From: a bacterium
GTDB taxonomy: Bacteria; Zixibacteria; MSB-5A5; GN15; FEB-12
DNA: 55,492 bases
Direction of reading: 5' to 3'
Assembly: GCA_043811375.1 (NCBI GenBank)
Contig: JBDRNJ010000010.1
Coordinates: forward strand, 1 to 55,492
Positions 39,937 to 50,103 of the stretch are shown here, one piece after another (position 1 is the stretch's first letter; each line of letters opens with the position of its first letter). The notes under the pieces were generated by a model. That model searched no databases, was not told the DNA's origin, and saw nothing but the letters and a program-made list of their open reading frames with translations. The translations under genes were made by a program, and so were the position numbers.

Positions 39937-41331
39937 ATGGCTCTGAGATTCCGCAATACCTTCACCCGGCAGAAGGAAGACTTCAGTCCCCTCGAAACCG
40001 GCAAAGCAGGCATGTATACCTGCGGTCCGACGGTATACGACTACGCCCATATCGGCAACTTCCGCACCTACATGTTCGAGGACCTGCTGCGACGGTACTT
40101 GAAATTCAAGGGTTATGAAGTCACCCAAATCATGAACCTGACCGATGTCGACGACAAAACGATTCGCAACTCGCAGGCCGAAGGGGTACCGTTGCGTGAA
40201 TATACCGATCGTTATACGCAGGCCTTCTTTGATGATCTCGACGCCCTGGGTATGGAAAGAGCCGAGGTATACCCGAGTGCGACAGAGCACATAGCGGAGA
40301 TGGTGGTCATTATTCGTCAGCTCCTCGAGCGCGGCCTGGCCTACGAGGTCGACGGCAACTACTACTTCAAGATCGCTGCTTTTCCCGACTACGGTAAGCT
40401 GGCCAACCTGGATATAGCCGGATTGCGACCGGGGGCGCGTATCGCCACCGACGAATACGAGAAAGATTCCGTGTCGGACTTCGCTCTCTGGAAAGCGTGG
40501 GATCCCGAAGACGGCGACGTTTACTGGGAAACGGAACTGGGCAAGGGTCGGCCGGGCTGGCATATTGAGTGCTCAGCCATGTCGATGAAATACCTGGGGC
40601 AACATTTCGATATCCATACCGGCGGGGTGGATAATATCTTCCCCCATCATGAGAATGAAATCGCGCAATCGGAAGGGGCCACCGGCGAGAAATTCGTCAA
40701 TTACTGGATGCACAGCGAACACCTGATTGTGGAAGGGCAACGGATGGGAAAATCGCTGGGGAATTACTACACTTTGCATGATCTTCTCGAAAAGGGATTT
40801 TCCGGGGTGGCCGTACGCTACCTGCTGATCTCCACCCACTACCGGCAACAATTGAATTTCACGTTCAAGGGGCTAAGTGCCGCCGCCAACGCCCTGGAAC
40901 GTTACACCGACTTCATTGCCAATCTGTCGGATTATCCGGGGGGTAGTTCGGACGGAACAGCCGAGGGTCTGATCGACAAAGCCGCTCAGGGTTTTGAGCA
41001 GGCGCTGGACGACGATCTGAATATCTCGGCCGCTTTAGGAGTTGTGTTTGACTTCATTCGGGATATCAACCGGCTGAAAGCCGAGGATCACCTGTCGAGT
41101 GAAGAACGGAATCGGGCCGTGCAGACGATCCGCCGCCTCGACACCGTGCTGAACTTTACCTACCAACAACAGGACATTGACACCGATATCGAGGCACTGA
41201 TACAGCAGCGAACCGAAGCCCGAGAGCAAAAAGATTTCGCCCTGGCCGACCGGATTCGTGACGATCTACTCTCAAGGGGGATTGTGCTGGAGGATACACC
41301 TCAGGGCGTCAAGTGGAAGCGGAAGATTTGA
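39937..41331 (+). CDS. cysS: Cysteine--tRNA ligase
   Basis: YTCGPTVY, HIGN, DFALWK, GRPGWHIECSAM, FPHHENEIAQ; KMSKS appears as RMGKS. Confidence 0.99.
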   Translation: MALRFRNTFTRQKEDFSPLETGKAGMYTCGPTVYDYAHIGNFRTYMFEDLLRRYLKFKGYEVTQIMNLTDVDDKTIRNSQAEGVPLREYTDRYTQAFFDDLDALGMERAEVYPSATEHIAEMVVIIRQLLERGLAYEVDGNYYFKIAAFPDYGKLANLDIAGLRPGARIATDEYEKDSVSDFALWKAWDPEDGDVYWETELGKGRPGWHIECSAMSMKYLGQHFDIHTGGVDNIFPHHENEIAQSEGATGEKFVNYWMHSEHLIVEGQRMGKSLGNYYTLHDLLEKGFSGVAVRYLLISTHYRQQLNFTFKGLSAAANALERYTDFIANLSDYPGGSSDGTAEGLIDKAAQGFEQALDDDLNISAALGVVFDFIRDINRLKAEDHLSSEERNRAVQTIRRLDTVLNFTYQQQDIDTDIEALIQQRTEAREQKDFALADRIRDDLLSRGIVLEDTPQGVKWKRKI

Positions 41332-41418
41332 TCTGCATTCGGTTGAATCGGCTCTCGGGCACCGTGAAAAACCCTTGACACTTGAAGTGATTATGCTTCC
41401 TTTTTTCAACGTCTGCAA

Positions 41419-41491
41419 GCCGGCGTAACTCAGATGGTAGAGTAGCTGATTTGTAATCAGCCTGTCGGGGGTTCGAGTCCCTTCGCCGGCT
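41419..41491 (+). tRNA. tRNA-Thr (anticodon UGU), CCA not encoded
   Basis: Cloverleaf: acceptor GCCGGCG/CGCCGGC, anticodon stem GCTGA-TT-TGT-AA-TCAGC, T-loop TTCGAGT. Confidence 0.97.
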
Positions 41492-41628
41492 TTTTCCTCG
41501 TTGCGCCGCAATCATCAGCGACACCGGCGCGGGAATTGATAATCCGATACATCGACAGAGCGCCGGAGACAAACACCGACTGTATGTTTTTGTTGTTTTC
41601 CCCATCTTTTCGGCCCAAATAGATACTC

Positions 41629-42183
41629 ATGGCGCGTGTTCAAGAACCGCCCCCGGGGCGGCTGGTGGTTTCGATAATTTATTCGTCATTTGATGCCCTG
41701 GCGGATGCGTTGTCGATCCTGGAAGGACGTTTTGGACGAGTTCAGATTGAAACCACCGAGATTCCCTGTGCCGAAGAAGCCTTTTACAAAGAAGAGATGG
41801 GTGACGGGCTCCTGCGACGGTTTTTTTGTTTTGAGCGACCGGTTTCGCGGGCTGCCCTGGTTGATCTCAAACGAACCTGCAGCAAAATCGAACCGAGGTT
41901 TGCCGATCATAGCGGCGACTATATCTTCCGAACGGTAAATATCGACCCGGGCATTATGTCCCCGGCCAACCTGGTGATGGCTTCGCACCGCGAATATAAC
42001 CACCGAGTTTACCTCAGGGATGGCGTGTACGCGGAGACGACACTGGTCTATGCGCGGGATCGATTTGTCCGTCTGCCGTGGACCAGCCCTGATTTCTGCC
42101 ACGGGGAAGCGCTCAATTTTTTCCGGCGAGTACACACCGGCTTAGAACTGGTGCAGCAGGAATCCGAGTGTCAGCCAACTTAG
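41629..42183 (+). CDS. DUF4416 family protein
   Basis: Y.EEMG..L.R.F..F, RTVNIDPG, ASHR..HRVYL.DGVYAE, PWT.PDF. Confidence 0.85.
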   Translation: MARVQEPPPGRLVVSIIYSSFDALADALSILEGRFGRVQIETTEIPCAEEAFYKEEMGDGLLRRFFCFERPVSRAALVDLKRTCSKIEPRFADHSGDYIFRTVNIDPGIMSPANLVMASHREYNHRVYLRDGVYAETTLVYARDRFVRLPWTSPDFCHGEALNFFRRVHTGLELVQQESECQPT

Positions 42184-42354
42184 TCGGCTCTGCCGCCTGA
42201 GGCAGTTAATGTAAATTTTGACTTTGTTTTCCGCGCTTCGTTAATCAAATTGGAGAAGAGAACAGTTATCATCAATAGAGACGGCATAATGGTCGACAGG
42301 ATGGGTTGACTCTGATCGACCGACCGTCACCGAACCCGGAGTATTGGATCTGAG

Positions 42355-43617
42355 ATGGACAAATTCGTAGTAGATGGCCCGCGTCAGCTTACGGGCGAAC
42401 TGAAAGTGGACGGCTCCAAGAACGCCGCCCTGCCGATAATCATCGGCTCCTTGTTGGCCGACAAGGGTGAGACTATTATTCGAAACGTTCCTCCCCTGAG
42501 AGACATATTCACTGTTGTCAAGGTTATGGAGCATCTGGGAGCGAAAGTTTCCTTTGATGTCGAGGCGCAGGTTATGACGGTTGATGCAACCAACCTGACT
42601 GAGAATACGGCTCCCTACGATCTGATGCGCCAGATGCGAGCGTCATTTCTCGTACTGGGCCCCCTGCTGGCCCGGCTGGGCGAGGCTCGGGTGTCGTTGC
42701 CGGGAGGCTGTGTGCTGGGATCGCGACCGGTTGATTTTCACATCAAGGGTTTCGCCGCCCTGGGTGCCACGGTGTCCGAAGAAGCCGGATATGTACTGGC
42801 GGAAGGTAAAACCCTTACCGGCGGCGCCGTCTACTTTGATCGACCGTCTCACACCGGAACCGAGAATATCCTTTTCGGAGCCGTCATGGCTCAGGGCAAA
42901 ACTGTCATCAATAACGCCGCCTGCGACCCGGAAGTGGTTGATGTGGCCAATTATCTCAATAAGGCCGGAGCCAGGATATCCGGCGCCGGTACCCCCATAA
43001 TCGTGGTCGAACCGATCAAAAACATTCGGGGAATCGACTATACCGTGTCCGGAGATCGGCTGGTAGCAGGAACTTACTTGATCGGGGCGGCTGTTTCCGG
43101 CGGACAGGTGAAAGTTACCGGATGTGATCCGGCTCACTTGACGATGGTGTCTCACAAACTGTCGGAGATGGGCTGCCGGCTCGTGATCGATGACACCGGC
43201 ATAACCGTAATCGGGCCGAAACGGCTGAAGGCAATCTCAGCCACGACCTTCCCACACCCGGGATTCCCGACCGATTTGCAGGCCTGTCTGATGGCAGCCA
43301 CCTGCCTGGCAGCGGGAACTTCGCGTATCAAGGAGACTGTTTTTGAAGACAGGTTTACACATACGATGGAAATGCGGCGTTTGGGAGCAGATATAACGGT
43401 TTCCAGCGATGAGGCCATTATCAATGGTGTCGAGGAACTCCGAGGCGCCAAGGTCATGGCTTCGGATATCCGGGCCGGAGCCGGGATTCTACTGGCCTGT
43501 ATAGCCGCTCAAGGCAAATCGGAAGTGTTGCGAGTCTATCATATTGATCGAGGGTATAACCGAATAGAGGAAAAGCTCACTTCGTTAGGAGCCGATATTG
43601 TCAGGGTAAGGGCCTGA
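42355..43617 (+). CDS. murA: UDP-N-acetylglucosamine 1-carboxyvinyltransferase
   Basis: GSKNAALP, MRASFLVLGPLL, LPGGC.LG.RP, PGFPTDLQ, HIDRGY. Confidence 0.98.
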   Translation: MDKFVVDGPRQLTGELKVDGSKNAALPIIIGSLLADKGETIIRNVPPLRDIFTVVKVMEHLGAKVSFDVEAQVMTVDATNLTENTAPYDLMRQMRASFLVLGPLLARLGEARVSLPGGCVLGSRPVDFHIKGFAALGATVSEEAGYVLAEGKTLTGGAVYFDRPSHTGTENILFGAVMAQGKTVINNAACDPEVVDVANYLNKAGARISGAGTPIIVVEPIKNIRGIDYTVSGDRLVAGTYLIGAAVSGGQVKVTGCDPAHLTMVSHKLSEMGCRLVIDDTGITVIGPKRLKAISATTFPHPGFPTDLQACLMAATCLAAGTSRIKETVFEDRFTHTMEMRRLGADITVSSDEAIINGVEELRGAKVMASDIRAGAGILLACIAAQGKSEVLRVYHIDRGYNRIEEKLTSLGADIVRVRA

Positions 43618-43686
43618 CCCGTCGCCACGGATCGGCGGCGGTGGCCAATGGTGGCCCAATACTCGGAGTAAGAAGGACGTATTGAC

Positions 43687-46600
43687 ATGAGAAGAGTTGT
43701 GGTCGTTGCGCTGGTTCTACTGATCATGGCGGGTGCTCTGGTCGAAGCGCAGGAAACATACTTTGGCAAGAACAAAGTCAGGTACAAAGATTTCGATTGG
43801 AGCTACATTCAGACACGCCATTTTGACATCCATTTCTACGAAAACGCCTATCCCACCGCCAAGTTTGCCGCTACCGTGCTGGAATCGGCCTACATGGAGA
43901 TTACTAATGAACTCAACTACTACATCCAGCGGCGCATACCGGTGTTCGTTTACAATTCCCACAATGATTTCCAGCAAACCAATATCATTTCTTCGCTGAT
44001 TCCGGAAGGCGTCGGCGGGTTCACCGAGGCTTTCAAAAACAGAATTGTTATTCCTTTCACGGGTTCCTATGAGGATTACCGTCACGTGCTGCACCATGAG
44101 TTAACGCACGCCGTGATCTATGATATGCTCTATGGCAACGCGCTGGCATCGCTGCTTTCCCGGAACCGTCTTTTCAATCTGCCGTTATGGTTCGCCGAAG
44201 GCTATGCGGAGTACTCCTCACGACACGGCTGGGACGCATTCTCCGATATGTACATGCGAGACGCTACCATCAACAACTACATGGCGCCACCTCGGGTGCT
44301 GGGGGGATTCCTGGCCTACAAACAGGGACAGGCGATGGTGAAATACATTGCCGATAAATACGGTGAAGAAAAGCTGGGGACTATCCTGCGCAAGGGGAAA
44401 ATTCACCTGACGATGAACCGGGCTCTTAAGGAGGCAATCGGAGTCGACGAGGAAGATTTTTTCAAGGAATTCTCCAAGGAGATGAAGCGCCGCTACTGGC
44501 CGGACATAGCTGTTCGTCAGGAAGCCTCCGAGATCGCCCGGCAGTTGACCCACTCCCGGGAGGATGGCTCGTATTTCAACGAAAAACCGGTCTTCACGCC
44601 TGACGGCGGCCGACTGGCTATCTTCACCGACAAATCCGACTACACCGAGATCGTCCTGATCTCGGCCGACGACGGTCACGTGATCGATCGTCTGGTGAAA
44701 GGCGAGCGTTCCGGTGACCTGGAATCGCTGCACTGGTATGTCTCCGGCATTTCGTTCTCACCCGATGGGCGGAACATGGTATTTGTGGCCAAATCGGGAG
44801 GCCATGATGCCATCATGCTGTACGACCTCTCGCGAAAAAAGGTCTACAAGAAAAAGAAGCTTGATTTCTACAATGTGCTGTCCCCGTCATGGTCGCCCGA
44901 CGGCCGGATGATAGCTTTTTCGGCGCTGCAGGGACACCAGCGGGATCTTTTCCTGTATACCATTGAGTCGGACAATGTGCAGCGATTAACCGATGATCGA
45001 TATGACGATACCGATCCCTGTTGGTTACCCGGCTCCGATGAACTGGTATTCTCGTCCGATCGGCCACATCACCGCAACACCATAATGGACGCCGGTGACA
45101 ACATCTACTCCGGCGAGGGCGCTTTCATGCCGGGTGATCTTGATTACGGTTACTATAATCTCTTTCGTCTGAGCATCACCGATCGACATATGTCACCGCT
45201 GGATGTCGGCCCCGGTGCCAACCACTCACCGGCCGTCAGTCCGGACGGCAAAAAAGTGGTTTTCATTTCCGGTCGCAACGGGATTGACAATATCTATATC
45301 GGCTACCTGGACAGTGTCGGGTCGTATCCGGTAACCGATCTCCTGACCGGCGCCAGTTTTGTATCATGGTCACCCGATGGCCATCAGGTGGCTTTTTCAG
45401 CCTTCAGCAAAGGCGGCTTTGACATTTTTATCCTTAAGGACTTCGTCCCGGTCGGCGAGGACGGCGTTCTGACAGCGACCAACTTCATGTTAGGCAAGTA
45501 CGATCTGCTGAAAAGCCGGCAGGCCTCTGAGATACTCGCATCGCATCGCCGGAGAACCACCGAGCACACCAAGCAATCACTTCCAGCTGATACCGCCACG
45601 GTCGAAGTCGACACGATTAGTGAAGCCGGTCACCCCGACTCTTCAGCCGCCGACTCCAGTAACGGCGATCCCGAATCCGGTTCGCCACCATTCGACGTGC
45701 CTGACAGCTCGATTGTTACCGAAACCGGAATATATGGTGATGAGTTCGTATTTATTGCATCCGAACAGGCCGATCCGCTTGATTCTCTCCTGATCGATGT
45801 TCCCGAGGACAGTACTGCGGTATATCGGGAGGGGTTAAAGGAGCCGGCGTCGTTTGATTCCATCCCGCTGCCGAGAGCCGGTGGTGATTATGATGTTCGC
45901 AAGTACAAGGTGAGATTTACTCCGGATTTCGTCGGTGGGGGGTTCGCTTATGATTCGTTTTTCGGGCTGCGCGGTCAATCGTATTTCGTTTTCTCCGATT
46001 ACCTGGGCAACCACCAGATTTTCGTGGCCACCGACCTTGTCAACACTATCGATCAGTCCTTCTTACAAGCCTACTATTTCTACAATCGTAATCGCACCAA
46101 CATTGGCGTAGGACTGTTTCATACCAAGAATTTTTATATTCAGACTATTAATGATCGAGATGTCTTGTTTTCCGATCGTTTCTATGGATTACAGTGTTTC
46201 CTAAGCCGTCCTTTTTCAACCTTCACACGCTTGCAGTCTTCAATTTCCCAGTATTTCATTGACCGGGAGTATGTCGTCACGAAAGAGGAACGCGAGGACT
46301 ACGATATATCGCCGAACCGCAGTTCGAAGGTTACCACCGGTGAACTGGCCTGGGTAACGGACAATATAATCTGGGGTATTACCGGTCCGGTCAACGGACG
46401 ACGAGCCAGGCTGGCGGTTTCGGGCGGTGTCAACTGGTTTGACGCTGGCGACATCGGGTTCAGCGCCGTGGATCTTGATTGTCGCAAATACTGGCATTTC
46501 AAGAAGACATTTTCGATGGCCTTCCGTATGGCCGGCGGGGCATCCTTCGGCAAAACACCCAAGCTGTACTTCCTGGGCGGAACCACCAACTGGATCGGCA

Positions 46601-47019
46601 ACCGAACGCTCGATGCCAAGGTATACGAGGTCGAGAATCTCTATTTTGCCGACGTTGTCACACCGTTACGGGGTGTACCTTATTACGAACTGTCGGGCAA
46701 TCGCTACGCTCTCATCAACTGGGAATTCCGCTTTCCGATGATTGAATACTTTGTTATGCGTTTCCCTCTGCCACTGGTCATCAGCCGGGTAGCCGGGGCG
46801 ATGTTTATTGATGCCGGTTCCGCCTGGTACAACGAAGATTTCAAGGGCGGCACCTCGGTCGGTCACAGTCGCCTGTTAGACATTCACACCGGTTTTGGCT
46901 TCGGTATGCGTGCTAATCTCGGATTCGTGGTGCTGCGCTACGACCTGGCCTGGTCAACCGATTTCTACAGAGTCTCCGACAAGCCAACGTACTATTTCTC
47001 ACTTGGCGCGGATTTCTAA
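43687..47019 (+). CDS. Gluzincin peptidase-like + PD40/TolB propeller + BamA/TamA-type barrel protein (paralog of 15630-18440)
   Basis: FGKNKVRY, HELTH...WFAEGYAE, SPSWSPDG repeats, LRG, EFRFP, FIDAG, terminal FSLGADF. Confidence 0.88.
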   Translation: MRRVVVVALVLLIMAGALVEAQETYFGKNKVRYKDFDWSYIQTRHFDIHFYENAYPTAKFAATVLESAYMEITNELNYYIQRRIPVFVYNSHNDFQQTNIISSLIPEGVGGFTEAFKNRIVIPFTGSYEDYRHVLHHELTHAVIYDMLYGNALASLLSRNRLFNLPLWFAEGYAEYSSRHGWDAFSDMYMRDATINNYMAPPRVLGGFLAYKQGQAMVKYIADKYGEEKLGTILRKGKIHLTMNRALKEAIGVDEEDFFKEFSKEMKRRYWPDIAVRQEASEIARQLTHSREDGSYFNEKPVFTPDGGRLAIFTDKSDYTEIVLISADDGHVIDRLVKGERSGDLESLHWYVSGISFSPDGRNMVFVAKSGGHDAIMLYDLSRKKVYKKKKLDFYNVLSPSWSPDGRMIAFSALQGHQRDLFLYTIESDNVQRLTDDRYDDTDPCWLPGSDELVFSSDRPHHRNTIMDAGDNIYSGEGAFMPGDLDYGYYNLFRLSITDRHMSPLDVGPGANHSPAVSPDGKKVVFISGRNGIDNIYIGYLDSVGSYPVTDLLTGASFVSWSPDGHQVAFSAFSKGGFDIFILKDFVPVGEDGVLTATNFMLGKYDLLKSRQASEILASHRRRTTEHTKQSLPADTATVEVDTISEAGHPDSSAADSSNGDPESGSPPFDVPDSSIVTETGIYGDEFVFIASEQADPLDSLLIDVPEDSTAVYREGLKEPASFDSIPLPRAGGDYDVRKYKVRFTPDFVGGGFAYDSFFGLRGQSYFVFSDYLGNHQIFVATDLVNTIDQSFLQAYYFYNRNRTNIGVGLFHTKNFYIQTINDRDVLFSDRFYGLQCFLSRPFSTFTRLQSSISQYFIDREYVVTKEEREDYDISPNRSSKVTTGELAWVTDNIIWGITGPVNGRRARLAVSGGVNWFDAGDIGFSAVDLDCRKYWHFKKTFSMAFRMAGGASFGKTPKLYFLGGTTNWIGNRTLDAKVYEVENLYFADVVTPLRGVPYYELSGNRYALINWEFRFPMIEYFVMRFPLPLVISRVAGAMFIDAGSAWYNEDFKGGTSVGHSRLLDIHTGFGFGMRANLGFVVLRYDLAWSTDFYRVSDKPTYYFSLGADF

Positions 47020-47209
47020 CAGGGTGTTGAAAAACACAGGATGTAAGGTGAAAAGGTTCCTGCCTTGTTTTCTTGTCATTCCCGCGCAGGGGTTTGTCGA
47101 AAAAGTCATTTATGCGCGATCAGGAATCTTTTCCTGACTGCACCAAATGTAGCCGTCACGAAGGTCGTTTTAGCCACTGTAGGTCAGGACCCTTGCGGTC
47201 CTGACGAAT
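47020..47209. repeat. Truncated or nested MITE ends plus a REP
   Basis: cagggtgttgaaaaa (47020), gtcattcccgcgcagg joined to gggtttgtcgaaaaagtc (about 47075-47107), REP gtaggtcaggacccttgcggtcctgacgaat (47179-47209). Confidence 0.6.
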
Positions 47210-47218
47210 GGTGGAATA

Positions 47219-47346
47219 GGCAGGTTTCAAGGAGACCTTCCCTACAAGAAAAAACCACTTGTGGCTGACAGGTCTCAAAGAGACCTTCCCTACAAGAAAA
47301 AAGCCACTTGTGGCCAGGCAGGTCTGTTCTAGACCTTCCCTACAAG
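47219..47346 (-). repeat. Tandem array of three REP-like units (48-50 bp period)
   Basis: caggtYt..agaccttccctacaag x3, separated by aaaaa(g)ccacttgtggc. Confidence 0.88.
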
Positions 47347-47353
47347 TGACGGC

Positions 47354-48637
47354 TTACCCCACCAGCACCTTTTCCAGTCGTTGGACAATGTAGTCGGCAT
47401 CGTTTTCATCTATGATAAGCGGTGGCGAGATGCGAATGGTGTGGCCGTGGCTGTCGTTGGCCAGCAGACCCAGGTCCAGCATCTTGCGGCAGAATGACAT
47501 GGCATCGCCGTTCTTGACTTCAATACCGACAAACAAGCCGCGTCCGCGCACTTCCTTGACGTGCGGTGACCGGGAAGCTATTCGGTCGATCTTGTCCTTG
47601 ATGTAAGCACCGATACGGGTAGAGTTATCGACCAGTTTCTCCTCGATAATGACATCCAGGGCGGCGTTGCCGGCTACCATAGCCAGCGGGTAGCCGCCGT
47701 AGGTGGAGCCCTCTTTCCCGGGAGTAAAGACCATGTCCATGATCGCAGTGTTGGTGACAAAAGCCGACAGCGGCACCAGACCGCCGGAGATAGCCTTACC
47801 CAGGATGATGCCGTCGGGAACAACACCTTCGTGTTCAAAGCCGAACATCCTGCCGGTGCGTCCCAGACCGACCTGGATTTCGTCAAAGAGAAGCAGCAGA
47901 TCGTGCCGGTCGGCGAGATCGCGCAACCCTTTGAGGAATCCCTGCGGCGGGATGTTCATCCCGCCCTCGCCCTGCATCGGCTCCACCAGAATACCGCAGG
48001 TGTTGGGTGTGGTAGCCTGTTCGACCGCCTGAAGATCACCGTACTCGACCAACTTATACCCGGGTGTCAGCGGACCGAACCCCTGGCGATAGCTTTCCGA
48101 GGAGGAGAAGGAAACGATAGAGATCATCCGTCCGTGGAAGTTGTTGTGGAAAACAATCAATTCCTGCTTGCCGTCAGGGATGCCCTTGGCCTTGTAGCCA
48201 TAGTAGCGAGCGGCTTTAATGGCCGTCTCGACCGACTCCACGCCGCCGTTCTTGCACAGCCCTTTGTTGCCGTCAGTACCGAAGCGCGGCCCCATCTGCG
48301 GCACCAGCTCGCACAATCTCTTCAAAAACAGCGCCCGGGAATCGGTGTAAACGACATTGGAGATTACCGATGCAAAGCCACCCTGCATGGCCTCGACCAG
48401 CGCCCGGACGATCCGGGGATGGCAGTGACCCTGGTTGGCGGCGGAGTATGCGGCCAGACAGTCCAGATACTTTTTCCCCTCGACATCATAAAGCCAGATG
48501 CCTTCCGCCCGGCGCACCACCAGTTTCTGGCGACTATAATGGTTGGCGCCAAAGGTATTGTCGTATCCGTATATAACATCATCCGGCATCTGGGAAAATC
48601 CGACGCCTGCCTTGCTGACAGAACTCATATTAGCCAT
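47354..48637 (-). CDS. rocD: Ornithine aminotransferase (class III PLP)
   Basis: GANHY, YLDCLAAYSAANQGHCHP, NFHGR, EPMQGEGG, DEIQVGLGRTG, GKAISGG. Confidence 0.85.
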   Translation of the reverse strand: MANMSSVSKAGVGFSQMPDDVIYGYDNTFGANHYSRQKLVVRRAEGIWLYDVEGKKYLDCLAAYSAANQGHCHPRIVRALVEAMQGGFASVISNVVYTDSRALFLKRLCELVPQMGPRFGTDGNKGLCKNGGVESVETAIKAARYYGYKAKGIPDGKQELIVFHNNFHGRMISIVSFSSSESYRQGFGPLTPGYKLVEYGDLQAVEQATTPNTCGILVEPMQGEGGMNIPPQGFLKGLRDLADRHDLLLLFDEIQVGLGRTGRMFGFEHEGVVPDGIILGKAISGGLVPLSAFVTNTAIMDMVFTPGKEGSTYGGYPLAMVAGNAALDVIIEEKLVDNSTRIGAYIKDKIDRIASRSPHVKEVRGRGLFVGIEVKNGDAMSFCRKMLDLGLLANDSHGHTIRISPPLIIDENDADYIVQRLEKVLVG

Positions 48638-48831
48638 GGCGCAACCTCCAACATAAAAAGACTATCGAAAAAACATATTTTTTCATAATAGCAAATATCG
48701 TCACAGAACTCAACCCCTTTTGTAGAGAAATGTTGTCTTTGGCTCCCGCAACCGGAAAGCATGCTGAAGATCAAAGATATAAAACCACAGGGGGACTGTC
48801 TCAAAAGGTAATAATTACAGCCAGTAGATAG

Positions 48832-49497
48832 TTATCGTAACACGTCAGGTAGAAGTGACTTGTCACTCATAGCGGCAGGATTGATAATCCGAAAGCAATG
48901 GGCGCCATCCCAATCAGGGTTAACATTGCCACCGGTGGTTGCCCAGAGCCAGGTTCCACCCGGCGGGTAGAAGGTTGAATCTAAGCAAATCAACCGGCCG
49001 TGGTAGACCGGATCGATGGGGCCGATACTCACCGAGAAGGCAACCTCGTTGAAACCCGGCGTAAGACCGGGACCAAAAAGTCGAAATCCCCCCACTCCGA
49101 TGGTATCGACAACGGACCCGGTAGTATTGATGGGACTAAAAAAAATGCCGCCGTCGAACTGGGTCCCGCCGACAGCACCGGTGGTGTCGGCAGTCGTCGT
49201 GCCCCACCGGGCACCGTTCGGAGAGTAGACCTCAAAACCGTGCGAGAAAGCAGCGATTGTATGGCTGGTGTTGTTGTTAAGACGGATATGAAAGCGGATG
49301 ATCTCCCCCGTCCGTAAACTGTCGACGGCATTCAGGCCATCGATATGGTCCAGCGTTACCTGTTCACCCTGCCCGCTCTGCCCGCTGTCGAGGACACTGT
49401 CCTGTTCATTATCCTTGCTGCAGGAGCATGCCAGGATAACAGCAACCACAATCGGCACTATAACCAAACATCGCCAGGATTGAATTACGTGTGTCAT
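48832..49497 (-). CDS. Hypothetical lipoprotein with a beta-sandwich domain
   Basis: Lipobox LACSC; beta-rich domain with two C-terminal Cys (ICLDS...AHCF). Confidence 0.7.
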   Translation of the reverse strand: MTHVIQSWRCLVIVPIVVAVILACSCSKDNEQDSVLDSGQSGQGEQVTLDHIDGLNAVDSLRTGEIIRFHIRLNNNTSHTIAAFSHGFEVYSPNGARWGTTTADTTGAVGGTQFDGGIFFSPINTTGSVVDTIGVGGFRLFGPGLTPGFNEVAFSVSIGPIDPVYHGRLICLDSTFYPPGGTWLWATTGGNVNPDWDGAHCFRIINPAAMSDKSLLPDVLR

Positions 49498-49504
49498 TTT
49501 TCAA

Positions 49505-49921
49505 CTAATTCTTTAACAGCAGCGCCACCAGCACTCCCACCACGACTATGACAACGATAACTCCCGCGATTATACCACCCAGACTGCCTTCGCTGATACC
49601 GAAGGTAGTGCGGTAGGGATCAGTTTCAAGCAGATGGTCGTTGGCTCGATTCTCAATTTTTCGCTTGAACCTCAACCGGGAGTCATCAAACTTTTCCACC
49701 AGTTCCCATCCGGCTTTGCTTTCCTCCTGGCAGACCCTCCGGACCTGTTGGTAGTCCTTGAATTTCCTGGTGGCGGAGCGAATTATTTTGAACTCCCAGC
49801 CCTCCAGATCATCTTTCTGATATCTTGTCATGTCTTCCTCCTCTTGCATCATACGGACCCGCCGAGCTCGTGCCGCCGCCGCCGAGGCACCCGCTGATGT
49901 AGCTACAAACGCACCTGACAT
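49505..49921 (-). CDS. Hypothetical membrane-anchored protein
   Basis: Start MSGAF after an AGGAAAGGA-like SD; WEFKIIRS..F, GWELVEKFDDSRLRFKR; C-terminal TM helix. Confidence 0.75.
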   Translation of the reverse strand: MSGAFVATSAGASAAAARARRVRMMQEEEDMTRYQKDDLEGWEFKIIRSATRKFKDYQQVRRVCQEESKAGWELVEKFDDSRLRFKRKIENRANDHLLETDPYRTTFGISEGSLGGIIAGVIVVIVVVGVLVALLLKN

Positions 49922-50103
49922 ATCAGTCCTTTCCTGGTTCAAGCTATTATACGTAAAAGATGCCAACTTATTCATCGGGAAACTGTCATTTATTGTGCCG
50001 GAGGTGGTTCGCGGCCGGTAGTTTTTCCGGCCGCACCCTTGACATACCACTCCTGGCGCGTATATTTACAAGAGGTCGTCTAAATAGAGAGGAGAATTTG
50101 ATT

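Noticed and set aside
41419..41491. tRNA-Thr as an integration site of a genomic island
   Set aside because: No integrase and no duplicated tRNA 3' end were seen; the flanks are housekeeping genes.
47219..47346. Possible mini CRISPR array
   Set aside because: The intervening sequences are near-identical rather than unique spacers, the variable part is only a hairpin loop, and no cas genes are present.
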